Positions 39,801-48,887 of a DNA stretch of 64,000 bases are shown piece by piece (the first letter of the stretch is position 1; each line of letters begins with the position of its first letter). Under the pieces are notes generated by a model. The model was not told the origin of the DNA. It searched no databases and saw only the letters and a list, made by a program, of their open reading frames with translations. The translations under genes and the position numbers were made by a program. This DNA comes from Candidatus Cloacimonadales bacterium (GTDB lineage: Bacteria > Cloacimonadota > Cloacimonadia > Cloacimonadales > JAIOQZ01). The DNA is taken from contig OY771587.1 of the NCBI GenBank assembly GCA_963674825.1, positions 1,888,001 to 1,952,000 of the forward strand, written 5' to 3'.

Positions 39801-40595
39801 CATCGCAACTACATTAACGTTGAATCCTTTCTGGATCTTCCAGTCAACGTAAGGCTGGATTTCTTCAAGGAAGTCGTCGTAGCAGATCACAAGGATGTTT
39901 CCCTGTTCTTCCACTGCATCATAACGCGGCTCGGTGAAGTTAATGAACTGGCCGGCGTAAATGTTGGTGAAGTAGGGGTTCATGCCTGCATGGGTGCGGA
40001 TCTTGACGTTGCGGTCGTCCGTACCGATGCGATTGATCTGGATGGTCATGCTGTGGTAAACACGGAGCGTCTGGGTCACGGGATTGTAGGCAAACGGATA
40101 GGCATTGACTACGGTACCGCGAATGTCGCGCATGATATACGGTTCACCGAGTGAAACCAGCGACTTGGGATAGAATGCATCCTGCTGATATACCGTTGAA
40201 AATGTGTAGGGGACGGTATTCGGGTCAATCGCACGAGAGATGAATCCGCGAGAAGGAGCGACAGCCATCTGGTAGTCGGTATATTCGCTGTTTACGACAG
40301 TTGCTTCCATACGCGCGTCATCGCCGATAACGATGCTGCGAGTAATTTTCGGAAGCTCTGGTTCGCCGGCTGTGTAGGTGTGGCTCTCAGTTTCGAGGCC
40401 CAGCCGATACATTGTCTGACCGTCGATTTCGACAGCCTGGCGATCAAACGAGCCGAAGCTGTATTCAATCACCACTTGCTGCTCGTTCGATGAAACGACA
40501 TTAACATCAAACGAACGATGGTCGATCTTGATGTTTTCTGCTGCAAGACCAAGCGCGAGCAGCAGCACCAAAACCAATGACATACCTTTCTTCAT
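36849..40595 (-). CDS. C25 cysteine peptidase, Arg-gingipain-like, with propeptide, Ig modules and FlgD-Ig/CTD
   Basis: QLVGD, VGRFSAE, GIAS.QG, catalytic YCGHGS and SVACVNGNF; tail NFPNPFNPET...GIYFYKM..KKMILLK. Confidence 0.9.
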   Translation of the reverse strand: MKKGMSLVLVLLLALGLAAENIKIDHRSFDVNVVSSNEQQVVIEYSFGSFDRQAVEIDGQTMYRLGLETESHTYTAGEPELPKITRSIVIGDDARMEATVVNSEYTDYQMAVAPSRGFISRAIDPNTVPYTFSTVYQQDAFYPKSLVSLGEPYIMRDIRGTVVNAYPFAYNPVTQTLRVYHSMTIQINRIGTDDRNVKIRTHAGMNPYFTNIYAGQFINFTEPRYDAVEEQGNILVICYDDFLEEIQPYVDWKIQKGFNVNVVAMSEVGTDEDDVLDYIQDVYDAGDLTFVQLVGDAAQIPTFIYSISSYESGGSDPSYSLLEGNDNYPDIFVGRFSAETEIQVETQVERTIYYERDIVDGEWLHKGTGIASSQGSGQGDEGEADYVHIGNFRNQFLNYTYTEIDQIYDNNGGNSSMVSNALNEGRGEVMYCGHGSNTSWVSTGFSNSHVNALTNDYMLPFISSVACVNGNFTNTTCFAEAWLRAMNNSNGAPTGAIAMYASSVNQSWAPPMESQDEYVILLTNEEKNLTGGLYYNGSCSMLDNYGSDGVKMFMTWHIFGDASLQVRTDTPEEFVISHPGELLIGVSQFEVDTDIPNAMVCLSNAGETLGAGYTDANGNVMLNLENVPQEPTDLTLTVTGYNKVTYIETISLLPNEGSYIVMSDFSYNDGDNNEPDYGDSMLLGMTLNNVGSDDATDVSVTIAIDDQYVTVSDDTETVASIDSEGEVVLDDAFAIQIAGNIPDQYELNFAVTVTCTNSGNEEQTFEAEKTITVNAPSFALGEMDVFDPSGNSNGMLDPGETAALKFTVYNNGHAIAPEGIATLVCNNPYITISEGTVETDPIDPEDDIQPTFVVTLSEDLPEDTSIMLGFGYTSDMYCVQMTYPATVSIVNEDFENGLEQFDWLFSGGEQWVLNQADAYEGNYCLASGAISHSQYTTASINVDIAADGDISFFRKVSSEVGYDFLIFKIDGEPIDSWSGIQNWAMVSYPITTGYHLLSWTYDKDSSQSSGYDKAWIDYIQFPAAPADPTPIISLSDAELDFGTVMVNESATLEFTIFNYGNTTLNGNIETYDGFTIGGTQLIRNNKGSKMTTTRENYTFSVNEQGYQTFTLVFAPEVEGSYNGEIVITSNDPYLNETVITIAATGQGNGNDPNAPELVTQLGGNFPNPFNPETNIAFSIAEDADVQIDIYNVKGQKVKTLVNERLDRGEYNLVWAGEDDHSKKVGSGIYFYKMKAGRYTATKKMILLK

Positions 40596-40612
40596 AGTAC
40601 CTCCAAAGGTAG

Positions 40613-40636
40613 GTGCCCGTCCCGAAGGACGAGCAC
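40613..40636 (-). other. cUUCGg tetraloop hairpin between the two protease genes
   Basis: Minus strand reads GTGCTCGTCC-TTCG-GGACGGGCAC, just upstream of the GGAGG RBS. Confidence 0.7.
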
Positions 40637-40656
40637 TTGTTTTTTTATGTTCAGTT

Positions 40657-43600
40657 CTATTTTATCAACAGCATTTTCTTCACAGATACGTAGCTTCCGG
40701 TCTTCATCTTGTAGAAGTACACACCGCTACCTACCTGGCGATTCTGGCCATCCTTGCCTTCCCAGACGATCGAGTGCGGACCAGCCTGCATCTCTTCGGA
40801 GACGAGTGTCTTTACTTTCTGTCCGAGGATGTTGAAGACCTCGATCTGAACATCGCTCTTCTCAGCAAGGCTGAAGGAGATGGTGGTTGTAGGATTGAAC
40901 GGGTTGGGATAGTTTCCCTTGAGTTCGTTCACGAATGCAGGAATATCGTTACCGTTTGTTCCCTGAGCGTCAGCGGTTGCGCTGATATCGATTGAAGCAT
41001 TCAGGGCATACGGGTCGTTGCTGGTCAGAAGGATCTGTCCACTATAGTCGCCTTCTTCGGTGGGCATATACTTCAGGGTGAAGGTATAGCTTCCGGCAGC
41101 GGGGACTATATAGTCATAGGTTTCACGAGAAGTTCTTGAGCCTCTGGCTGAACGTGTCTGACGCTCTGCGCCGAGAACGGTGAATCCGTCGTATGTGGTG
41201 ATAGTGCCTTCCATGTCGGTGTTACCGTAATTATACAGTATTACATCGTACATCAGGCTGTCGCCGACGATAACTTCGCCGAAATCGATTTCTTCATCGC
41301 TAGCCATGAAGATCGGAACCGGAGCTGAAGGAATCGACGGGAAGATAATGTAGTCGATCCAGGCACAGTCGCTGCCGTTGCTGACCGAGTTATCTTTGTC
41401 GTAGGTCCATGCGAAAGTATGGAAACCGGGCTCGACGGGGAAGGACGCCTGCGTCCAGTTGATTGTACCTGACCACTGTTCCTGCATTTCATTGTCGATG
41501 TAGAATTGCAGGAAGTCGTAGTTAGCTTCACTGGATACACGGTAAGAGAAAGCGATCTCTCCACCAGAGACAACGGTGACAGCGATCTGGGCAGTGGTTG
41601 ACTGGTTGTCGGAGATATCGCCCGATACGAGGCTATAGGTGCCTTCGTAAACGCTATTGGTGGTGAGCTCCCAGTCCGCGTTTCCTTCCATACCCCAACC
41701 ATAGAGGTCCAGGCCGTTTTCGAAGTCTTCGGTCATTTCGGAGACGGTCACGCCGTAGGTGATCTGGAATTCGTATTCACCGGCGAATATGCCGAAGCCG
41801 AGGTTGATGTCGGTTCCTTCAGGAACGTCTTCGGAGAGCGAAACGATGAATGTCGCGTCTTCGGTGTCTTCAGCGTCGATTTCACCAAGTTCGTCGGAGT
41901 TTTCGTCGATGGTGATGTATGGGTTGGTGCAGATCAGCATCGCGACAACTTCTGGAGAGTCTGCGTGGCCATAGTTGGTGACGGGGAAGCTGATCGCGGT
42001 GGTTTCACCTGGGTCGAGCTGTCCGTTATTGTTACCGGACGCGTCAAATACCGACATTTCGCCGATGGAGAATGCAGGCGCGTTCACGGTGATGTCTTTG
42101 TTGATTTCCCAGGTCTGCTCGGAGCCGTTAACGGTTCCGAAGATCGAGATCGAAAATTCGATGATGTGCTGATCGGGTGCGTTGCCGGCAACTTCAATTG
42201 TGAATGCGTCTTCGAGCGTGATGGCTTCGTTTGAATCGATGCTGTCGAAGAGCTCTTCGCCGTCGGTAATCGTGACATAAGCGTCTTCGCTGGTGAGGGT
42301 CACAGTAAGGTCGGTTGCTTCGTCGGTGCCAACGTTTGTCACCGGCAATCCGAGTGTGGCGGTTTCCGCAAATTGCGGCAGGCCGTCGTTTCCATCGGTG
42401 TAGATGAGGTCATCTGCTACCAGATACGCGCCGTCACTGGGAACGATCTGAACAGTGGTGATAATCGGCTGGCGATTCTGAGCGGTGATAACAAGGTTTG
42501 CATCGCCAGGAACGGTGAAAGGTTCGAGATCGAGTGTAAGCGAGCCGCTGTCGCCAACAAGGCCCATGCCGTAAGTCTCGCCATTCATGGTGAGGCTTAC
42601 TAATGAATACGGGTCGGCTGTGACTTCGTATTCAGTCATGCCGATGAGGATCTGAGCTGCGAAATCGGCTTCGTTTTCAATCGGAACACCCATGTACGGG
42701 GTGAGTGACGGTTCGCCCATCAGCGAGTAGATTTCCCAGTAATAACTGGAGCTTCCACCGCCTTCGACAACTGCGAGGTTACCGCACATGATCATGGCAC
42801 CAGCAGTGACAAACCAGTCTTCTTCGGTTTCGCCGTTATCGTGGAACAGTCCGTCATAAGTACCCCGACCGGTAGATTCGTAAGTCGGGTTGCTTACAAT
42901 GCTACCAGCTCCAACACCCCACCAGTAGTCTTCGTCCCAGTAGGTACTGTTGGTGCCGCCAATGTAGCCGACAGCGCCCTTGTCTTCAGCGCGAAGCCAG
43001 GCTTCGCCGAAGCACGTGGTTACTTCAAATTTGTTGGTAAGACAGCAGTTACCTACAACCATCGGGTACTTGTCTTCATTGTCCAGACCATTGATGTCCG
43101 AGATGGTGAAGGACGGATCGGCCCAGGATGTCGAGCTTCCGTGCGCTGTGTAGTTTACGTATCCGACGCCATTGCTGACGTTGGCGATAATGTTGTTGGA
43201 GTTGCTACCCGAATTCGGATAGAGATAAGTGTGAGATTCGATATCGTGATCTTCGTTGAAGTAGTATGTTGTGCCATAGTTGATCTGGCCATTACCCCAG
43301 GTGGATCCGTGAGAGGAGTCCATACCGGCGATCATGACAACTTCGCCCAGATAGCTGGGATCGGGCATTTCATACTTTTCGAACATGAGGGTCTTATCGA
43401 TCTGCGGCTGAAGTTCGGATGTGCTGTTGGCAGAGAAACGGCCATAGTACATCTCGGGGAAGAAGTCGGTGCCATCAAGCTTGACATAGTTGAGGTCAGT
43501 CACGTGGCTTCCGGTGGAACCATTGTAAGCCGGGATCTGCGGAGTATCGCCCACGAAAAGGACAAACGACGGAGCCGGGTCTGTCGGTGTACCTTCATCG

Positions 43601-44469
43601 TAGAGGTCTTGCAGGAAGTTGTGGATGAGGGATGTGGTGGTTCCGGTTTCGTCGGTACTAGCGGCGATAACGGTGAAGCCCATTTCTTCCTTCCATTCGA
43701 TGAACGGAGCAAGCTGTTCTTCGAACATGTCGTCGTAGATCACCACGTATTTCACGGGATACTGAGTCAGTTCATCGCGATTCTGCAGCGGCTGGTAGTT
43801 CAGGATGGAACTGCTGAATACGGGTTCGAAGTAGTGCGAGTAGGTTCTTTCCAGCTGGTAGCGGGTTTCGACGTAGTTTGCACCGGTGAAGTTCACAGAC
43901 ACGTTGACGTCGGAATAGACACGGATCATGTTCGTGGCGGGATTGTAGTCAACCGGACGAACAGTAAGCTGGAAGAGGCGCATTCCACGCATGACACCCA
44001 GCTCTTCGACGCTTGCCAGCTCCGGATACTGCCAGCTTGCAGAAGCGTATGCATCTTGATCGATGACGAATTCAACGTCTTCGATGCGTTCGCTTTTAGA
44101 GAGAGAGGGCTGTGCAGGGATAAGCTGGCTTTCAAGGGCAAGCTCCTGTACCTGACCTGTCGTGACGTTGAGATTGACATTCGCTCCGAAGGGAACAGCG
44201 ATGATTTCGCGGTTCAGCGGGAGACGCGGTTGGCCGGGTTCGGTCACATATTCAAAGTCATTTGCGGTCAAGACCGTGAAATTGCCTCCACGTGTCTGAG
44301 TCGCGCTGGTCTCGAGGCCTGAAATGTGGAAACGGGCTTCGAAGCCGGACTGGCTGTTACTTGTTAGTTCAACGGCAGCGCTTGCCGTATCGCTGTTGAT
44401 GGGATGATAGGTTGCAAATAATGACATGGTTAGAGCGCTCAAAAGCACGAGCGTCAAGATGCGTTTCAT
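40657..44469 (-). CDS. C25 cysteine peptidase, Lys-gingipain-like, with propeptide, Ig modules and FlgD-Ig/CTD
   Basis: FPEMYYGRFSA, GQINYG..YYFN, NYTAHGS.TSWADP, GNCC, YW.EDY.W (Kgp-type motifs); NYPNPFNP tail. Confidence 0.9.
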   Translation of the reverse strand: MKRILTLVLLSALTMSLFATYHPINSDTASAAVELTSNSQSGFEARFHISGLETSATQTRGGNFTVLTANDFEYVTEPGQPRLPLNREIIAVPFGANVNLNVTTGQVQELALESQLIPAQPSLSKSERIEDVEFVIDQDAYASASWQYPELASVEELGVMRGMRLFQLTVRPVDYNPATNMIRVYSDVNVSVNFTGANYVETRYQLERTYSHYFEPVFSSSILNYQPLQNRDELTQYPVKYVVIYDDMFEEQLAPFIEWKEEMGFTVIAASTDETGTTTSLIHNFLQDLYDEGTPTDPAPSFVLFVGDTPQIPAYNGSTGSHVTDLNYVKLDGTDFFPEMYYGRFSANSTSELQPQIDKTLMFEKYEMPDPSYLGEVVMIAGMDSSHGSTWGNGQINYGTTYYFNEDHDIESHTYLYPNSGSNSNNIIANVSNGVGYVNYTAHGSSTSWADPSFTISDINGLDNEDKYPMVVGNCCLTNKFEVTTCFGEAWLRAEDKGAVGYIGGTNSTYWDEDYWWGVGAGSIVSNPTYESTGRGTYDGLFHDNGETEEDWFVTAGAMIMCGNLAVVEGGGSSSYYWEIYSLMGEPSLTPYMGVPIENEADFAAQILIGMTEYEVTADPYSLVSLTMNGETYGMGLVGDSGSLTLDLEPFTVPGDANLVITAQNRQPIITTVQIVPSDGAYLVADDLIYTDGNDGLPQFAETATLGLPVTNVGTDEATDLTVTLTSEDAYVTITDGEELFDSIDSNEAITLEDAFTIEVAGNAPDQHIIEFSISIFGTVNGSEQTWEINKDITVNAPAFSIGEMSVFDASGNNNGQLDPGETTAISFPVTNYGHADSPEVVAMLICTNPYITIDENSDELGEIDAEDTEDATFIVSLSEDVPEGTDINLGFGIFAGEYEFQITYGVTVSEMTEDFENGLDLYGWGMEGNADWELTTNSVYEGTYSLVSGDISDNQSTTAQIAVTVVSGGEIAFSYRVSSEANYDFLQFYIDNEMQEQWSGTINWTQASFPVEPGFHTFAWTYDKDNSVSNGSDCAWIDYIIFPSIPSAPVPIFMASDEEIDFGEVIVGDSLMYDVILYNYGNTDMEGTITTYDGFTVLGAERQTRSARGSRTSRETYDYIVPAAGSYTFTLKYMPTEEGDYSGQILLTSNDPYALNASIDISATADAQGTNGNDIPAFVNELKGNYPNPFNPTTTISFSLAEKSDVQIEVFNILGQKVKTLVSEEMQAGPHSIVWEGKDGQNRQVGSGVYFYKMKTGSYVSVKKMLLIK

Positions 44470-44721
44470 AATTACTCCTTACTCCATTGTATTGACACAT
44501 ACCATATTTAATCATAGAATATAAAGCAAAAATAGGGCCAATATGGGTAAAATAATCTGGATGCTGTGCGCACAATAATGCAGGTCTATGGGGAAAAATG
44601 AGATAAATTATTTATGCGAGAGTGTTGAGGATTCGCAGGATTTTATTGTCACGACGGGCAGTGAGAATCGTTTTTTCAGCGGAATATCGGATGCCTGGAA
44701 ATGTTGCGCATCGAAAAACAT

Positions 44722-44751
44722 TTGACAAGAAAATCCGGTAGATTGCATTCT
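44722..44751 (+). promoter_or_regulatory. Sigma70-type promoter
   Basis: TTGACA-N18-CATTCT with TG immediately before the -10 hexamer, ahead of the 44787 operon. Confidence 0.5.
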
Positions 44752-44786
44752 ATGCTTACCGGAAAATGTGTGATCAGGAGGTTGCC

Positions 44787-45134
44787 ATGGACCACAGGAA
44801 ATTGCTTGATAACCTTAGAAAAGAAGTAAATGTCGCATTGACGAAGGTGTTTGACGAGGTCGGGAAGGCTACGAAAGTCTCTGGTCATCGGCTGGCGATC
44901 AACTCGCTCAAGGGCGAGATTCGCGAGAACAAAGAGAAGCTCGGAAGCATTATTTGCGAGCACGAAGAACTCTCGAACCAGCCCGAATTGAAAGATATCG
45001 TTCTCAAGATCAAGGCCTTGCATGCCGAGATAGAAGAACGGGAAGAGCAGATTCGTCATATGAAAGAGAAGGAGACCGAGGCTGAAGAAGAAGCTGCAAT
45101 GGACGAAGAAGACGAGGACGAAAAGAATTCATAA
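44787..45134 (+). CDS. Hypothetical coiled-coil protein with acidic tail
   Basis: AGGAGG RBS before ATG 44787. Confidence 0.75.
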   Translation: MDHRKLLDNLRKEVNVALTKVFDEVGKATKVSGHRLAINSLKGEIRENKEKLGSIICEHEELSNQPELKDIVLKIKALHAEIEEREEQIRHMKEKETEAEEEAAMDEEDEDEKNS

Positions 45135-45699
45135 TCTGCTGCCGATTATAGCGGTAGCACTTCTATTGTCTTGCAATGCCTTCTCTCCTAGAGATTCGGA
45201 AGAGCCGCAGTCCGGTTCCGAATGGAACTCGTTTCCAATACAGCCGGAGCAGACGCTGGAGAACCTCGAATACGCCTACGAGTATAGCCAGAACAGCATC
45301 AAATACGGCGAAATTTTCGCCGATGGGTTCTCTTTTTTCTTTGACACACAAGATATAAGCGATTATGGTGTTCCTGAAGCGTGGGATTCTGAAACGGAAG
45401 AAGAAATGCTGCTTCTTTTATACAATCACCTTCTTTCGGGAACTGTTATAAGCTTGGAGCTGACGCCGGTAGAAAGCGAACCAGACGACATCCAGAGCGA
45501 GACAGCCGAGTTTTACAGAGAATATCAGTTGAGCATTGACCACGATCTCGAGGACTTACCGGATACTTTCGGTGGAATGATGTATCTCGAGATTGTGAGA
45601 AACCAGGATGGATTTTGGAGAATATCCAAATGGCAGGACTACAGAACGGACCAAGAAACGGTTACATGGGGGAGGTTGAAATATGAAATTTCACCCTAG
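45082..45699 (+). CDS. Lipoprotein, NTF2-like fold suspected; start uncertain and non-canonical
   Basis: The signal KRIHNLLPIIAVALLLSC lies upstream of the track's TTG at 45166; PEQTLENLEYAY resembles the neighbouring gene. Confidence 0.7.
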   Translation: MKKKLQWTKKTRTKRIHNLLPIIAVALLLSCNAFSPRDSEEPQSGSEWNSFPIQPEQTLENLEYAYEYSQNSIKYGEIFADGFSFFFDTQDISDYGVPEAWDSETEEEMLLLLYNHLLSGTVISLELTPVESEPDDIQSETAEFYREYQLSIDHDLEDLPDTFGGMMYLEIVRNQDGFWRISKWQDYRTDQETVTWGRLKYEISP

Positions 45700-46273
45700 T
45701 TTCCTCGGGGGTGTAATCCTTGTTCTGTCAATTTTGTTTACAGTTGGATGCCAGAATCCATTTAATCCGGACATGCGTAAACAAATGGAGACAGTTCAAC
45801 CCTCGATTGCCGATTCTCCCGAGAAAGTTCTGACTAATCTCCAGCTTGCTTACAATACACAAGACATTGATCTTTACAAGCAATGCCTCTCCGAATCGTT
45901 TACCTTTGTTCTGGTCGCTTCCGAATCCACCGAACTGGGCCTGGATATGGACGGCGACGGTATCCGCGACGATTGGTGGGGCTATGATGAAGAAGTACTT
46001 TACCACGAAAATTTATTCGTATATGGCTCCAGCGACGGCAGAACGCCACCGCCTTATAACATTTCGCTGAGCCTCCAGGTACCGCCGGATTCTCTCTGGA
46101 ACTACACACAGACGGAAGATGATGGTTATTACCTTATCGTTCCCTGTTATTTCGATCTTCGGCTCAGTTTCGAGACCTCGGAGATCATCGCCAATGGCTA
46201 TGCACGATTCTTTCTGACCGAAGAGGATGAAGTGTGGAAAATCATCCGCTGGCAGGACGAATCGAATATATAG
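45683..46273 (+). CDS. Lipoprotein, paralogous to the upstream gene
   Basis: Lipobox TVGC-QNPF; PEKVLTNLQLAY...WKIIRWQD. Confidence 0.75.
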   Translation: MKFHPSFLGGVILVLSILFTVGCQNPFNPDMRKQMETVQPSIADSPEKVLTNLQLAYNTQDIDLYKQCLSESFTFVLVASESTELGLDMDGDGIRDDWWGYDEEVLYHENLFVYGSSDGRTPPPYNISLSLQVPPDSLWNYTQTEDDGYYLIVPCYFDLRLSFETSEIIANGYARFFLTEEDEVWKIIRWQDESNI

Positions 46274-46292
46274 GAAAGCAGAAAATCGGTTT

Positions 46293-46712
46293 ATGGGATT
46301 ATATCGCATTTTAGCTATCGATTACGGTAATTCGAAGATTGGGTTTGCTCTGACAGACCCCATGAGAATCATCTCACAACCTTATTACACACTTGTTTAC
46401 GACTCGGAAGACCACGCGCTGGACTGGATTCGCAACACCATCCATAAAGAACGCGTCGGCCGTATCGTTATGGGACTTCCTATCGACATGGAAGGCAACG
46501 AGACAACACAATCGACCCTCACCCGTCAGTTCGCTGAAAGGCTCAAACACAGCATCGAAATCCCTGTCGATTTCCAGGATGAGCGCTTCACCAGCGAAGA
46601 AGCTAACGCCGAAATCCGCAAGATGGGTAAGAATCCGATTGATGGGCGGAAAATCATCGATCAGGTTGCTGCTTCCATAATTCTGAAGAATTATCTGGAA
46701 TCCTATCGATGA
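46293..46712 (+). CDS. ruvX: YqgF/RuvX RNase H-fold nuclease
   Basis: ILAIDYG..KIGFALTD, MGLP, DERFTS, IDQVAASIIL. Confidence 0.93.
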   Translation: MGLYRILAIDYGNSKIGFALTDPMRIISQPYYTLVYDSEDHALDWIRNTIHKERVGRIVMGLPIDMEGNETTQSTLTRQFAERLKHSIEIPVDFQDERFTSEEANAEIRKMGKNPIDGRKIIDQVAASIILKNYLESYR

Positions 46713-47701
46713 AACGGGTTCTCCCCATAGCGATTCTGCTTGTGATCGTATCCTTTATCGCGATTGACATCAAGCTACTCCTCAAACCAGTCTATATCCG
46801 CGATACTATCGTGGAAGTCAACGACGGCGAGACGGCAAAATCCATCTCGAAGAAGCTTTATGACAGCGGCATTATCCGTAGTCGGTTCTTGTTTGAAAAA
46901 TATGCACGCTACAAAGGAATCGATCGGAAGCTTAGTCGCGGTAAATATCTGTTTCGCGGAAAGATAACCATCCCTGAAGCGCTCAGATTGCTCCACTCCG
47001 CACGCGTCATTCTTCACAAAGTAACCATCCCCGAAGGTATGACCGCGAGAAGAACGGCGCATCTGCTGGCTGATAATGGTTTCGGTGATTATCAGCGATT
47101 CATGGAATTGATCAACGATTCGCTGTTCGTAAAACGCACCACCGGCTTTTGCCTCCCATCTCTGGAAGGATTTCTTTATCCTGAGACTTACCTTTTCCCG
47201 GAAGGGGTTCGTGAAGAATTCATTTTACGTCACATGGTCGATCAGTTTTGGAAAATGACAGCCAATACTTTTGAGGATACCAGCACACTGGAGGATTTCT
47301 ATCCTACGATTATTCTGGCGTCAATTGTAGAACGAGAGGCGCGACGAGAAGAAGAAAAACCCTTTATCGCCGATGTGTATCTTAACCGTATTGAGCGCGG
47401 AATGCTGCTGCAGGCAGATCCCACCGTTGCCTATGCGCTTGAAAACGCAGGTATTCGACGATCCCGTATCCTCTACAAAGATCTCAAATACGATTCCCCC
47501 TACAATACCTATTTAAATCCCGGATTACCGCCAACACCGGTGTGTAATCCTACCATAAGCGCGATCGAAGCAACGCTGAATCCGCAAGACACAAACTACT
47601 ACTTTTTCTTCGCTGATGGCGAAGGCGGCCACATTTTTTCCGAGACATACAGGCAGCATTCATCGAGGCTGCGAAAGTTGAGAAACGACAATGGGCGATA
47701 G
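46709..47701 (+). CDS. mltG: Endolytic transglycosylase MltG
   Basis: TIPEG, LEGFLYPETY, ASIVERE, LQADPTV, SPYNTY..PGLPPTP. Confidence 0.93.
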   Translation: MKRVLPIAILLVIVSFIAIDIKLLLKPVYIRDTIVEVNDGETAKSISKKLYDSGIIRSRFLFEKYARYKGIDRKLSRGKYLFRGKITIPEALRLLHSARVILHKVTIPEGMTARRTAHLLADNGFGDYQRFMELINDSLFVKRTTGFCLPSLEGFLYPETYLFPEGVREEFILRHMVDQFWKMTANTFEDTSTLEDFYPTIILASIVEREARREEEKPFIADVYLNRIERGMLLQADPTVAYALENAGIRRSRILYKDLKYDSPYNTYLNPGLPPTPVCNPTISAIEATLNPQDTNYYFFFADGEGGHIFSETYRQHSSRLRKLRNDNGR

Positions 47702-48887
47702 AATTCTGCTCGATCTCGCGATCATCATTTTCTGCTCCAAGATCATGGAAGCTGTATCGCGTCGGCTCAAGCAGCCACCGGTTATCGGTATGCTGCTGTT
47801 GGGCGTGATCCTGGGACCAAGCTTCTTGAACCTGGTCGAGTCGGACGTGATTATCCAGTGGCTCGCAAAGCTGGGCGTGTTGTTCCTGCTCTTCGAAGCC
47901 GGTCTTGAGACGAATCTCAAGCAAATTCGGCAGGACTCGCGTCAGGCACTGCTTCCCGCGCTGGGCGGCATTACTATACCTATGTTGCTGGGTGTCGGCT
48001 TGTCATTCTTTTTCAACCACAGCCTCATGCACAGCCTGACGATCGGCGTGATCTTCACCGCCACCAGTGTGAGCGTGAGTGTGATGACGCTGCTCGATTT
48101 GGGTAAACTGAAGGGTATCGAGGGCCGTTGCATCGTCAATGCAGCCATCATTGACGACGTGGTAGGCATCTTGTTGGTGACTTTCCTTTTCGGCATGAAT
48201 ATTGGGCATGGTGAAAGCTTGCACTTGCCGGGCGTTGCGTTCCTGCATTCAGTAGGTAAGATTATCGGCTTCTTCGTGCTGATCTTCCTATTCGGCTTCT
48301 TTGTACTCAAACCCTTCTTTCTGAATATCAAGAAATTCTATCTCGAGACAGCGACACTCTCACTGGCGATCGCGGTTATCTTCGTCTATGCCTGGCTGGC
48401 CGAGCAGGCTGAGATTGCAGCGATTACCGGCGCATATTTTGCTGGTCTCTTTATTGGACAGACGAAGTATAAGAATAAAATCCAGGAGGACGTCTCAACT
48501 GTTGGGAAGTCATTCTTCGTGGACGTATTTTTTGTAAATATAGGGCTTGGAATCCATCTTTTTCGCATTCAGACGAATCCGTTATATCTGGCGATGTTTA
48601 TCCTGCTGGCAATGGGAGGAAAATTCATCGGAAGTTCGATCGGCGCACGTTTTTCAGGATTCGATGGCATCCGATCGCTTCGTATCGGTTTTGGCATGAT
48701 CCCTCGTGGCGAGGTAGCGCTGATCATCGCTAACATGGCGGTGGAACGGCAATTGATAACCAATGGTGAGCTCTCATCGACCATCATGCTGGTCATCGTG
48801 AGCGCGTTCATCACACCGATGCTGCTCAAGTACAGCTATTCGCGCTTGCAGCGTAAATCATTCAATGGAGGCGGCAATGTGGAATGA
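47691..48887 (+). CDS. CPA2 cation:proton antiporter (NapA/KefB-like)
   Basis: LLFEAGLE, ATSVSVS, AAIIDDV, GMIPRGEVAL. Confidence 0.9.
   Translation: MGDRILLDLAIIIFCSKIMEAVSRRLKQPPVIGMLLLGVILGPSFLNLVESDVIIQWLAKLGVLFLLFEAGLETNLKQIRQDSRQALLPALGGITIPMLLGVGLSFFFNHSLMHSLTIGVIFTATSVSVSVMTLLDLGKLKGIEGRCIVNAAIIDDVVGILLVTFLFGMNIGHGESLHLPGVAFLHSVGKIIGFFVLIFLFGFFVLKPFFLNIKKFYLETATLSLAIAVIFVYAWLAEQAEIAAITGAYFAGLFIGQTKYKNKIQEDVSTVGKSFFVDVFFVNIGLGIHLFRIQTNPLYLAMFILLAMGGKFIGSSIGARFSGFDGIRSLRIGFGMIPRGEVALIIANMAVERQLITNGELSSTIMLVIVSAFITPMLLKYSYSRLQRKSFNGGGNVE

Noticed and set aside
42841..44322. 493-aa + strand ORF, and likewise 36819..37886 and 29883..30917
   Set aside because: These are antisense shadows of well-supported genes, with no recognisable motifs or RBS.
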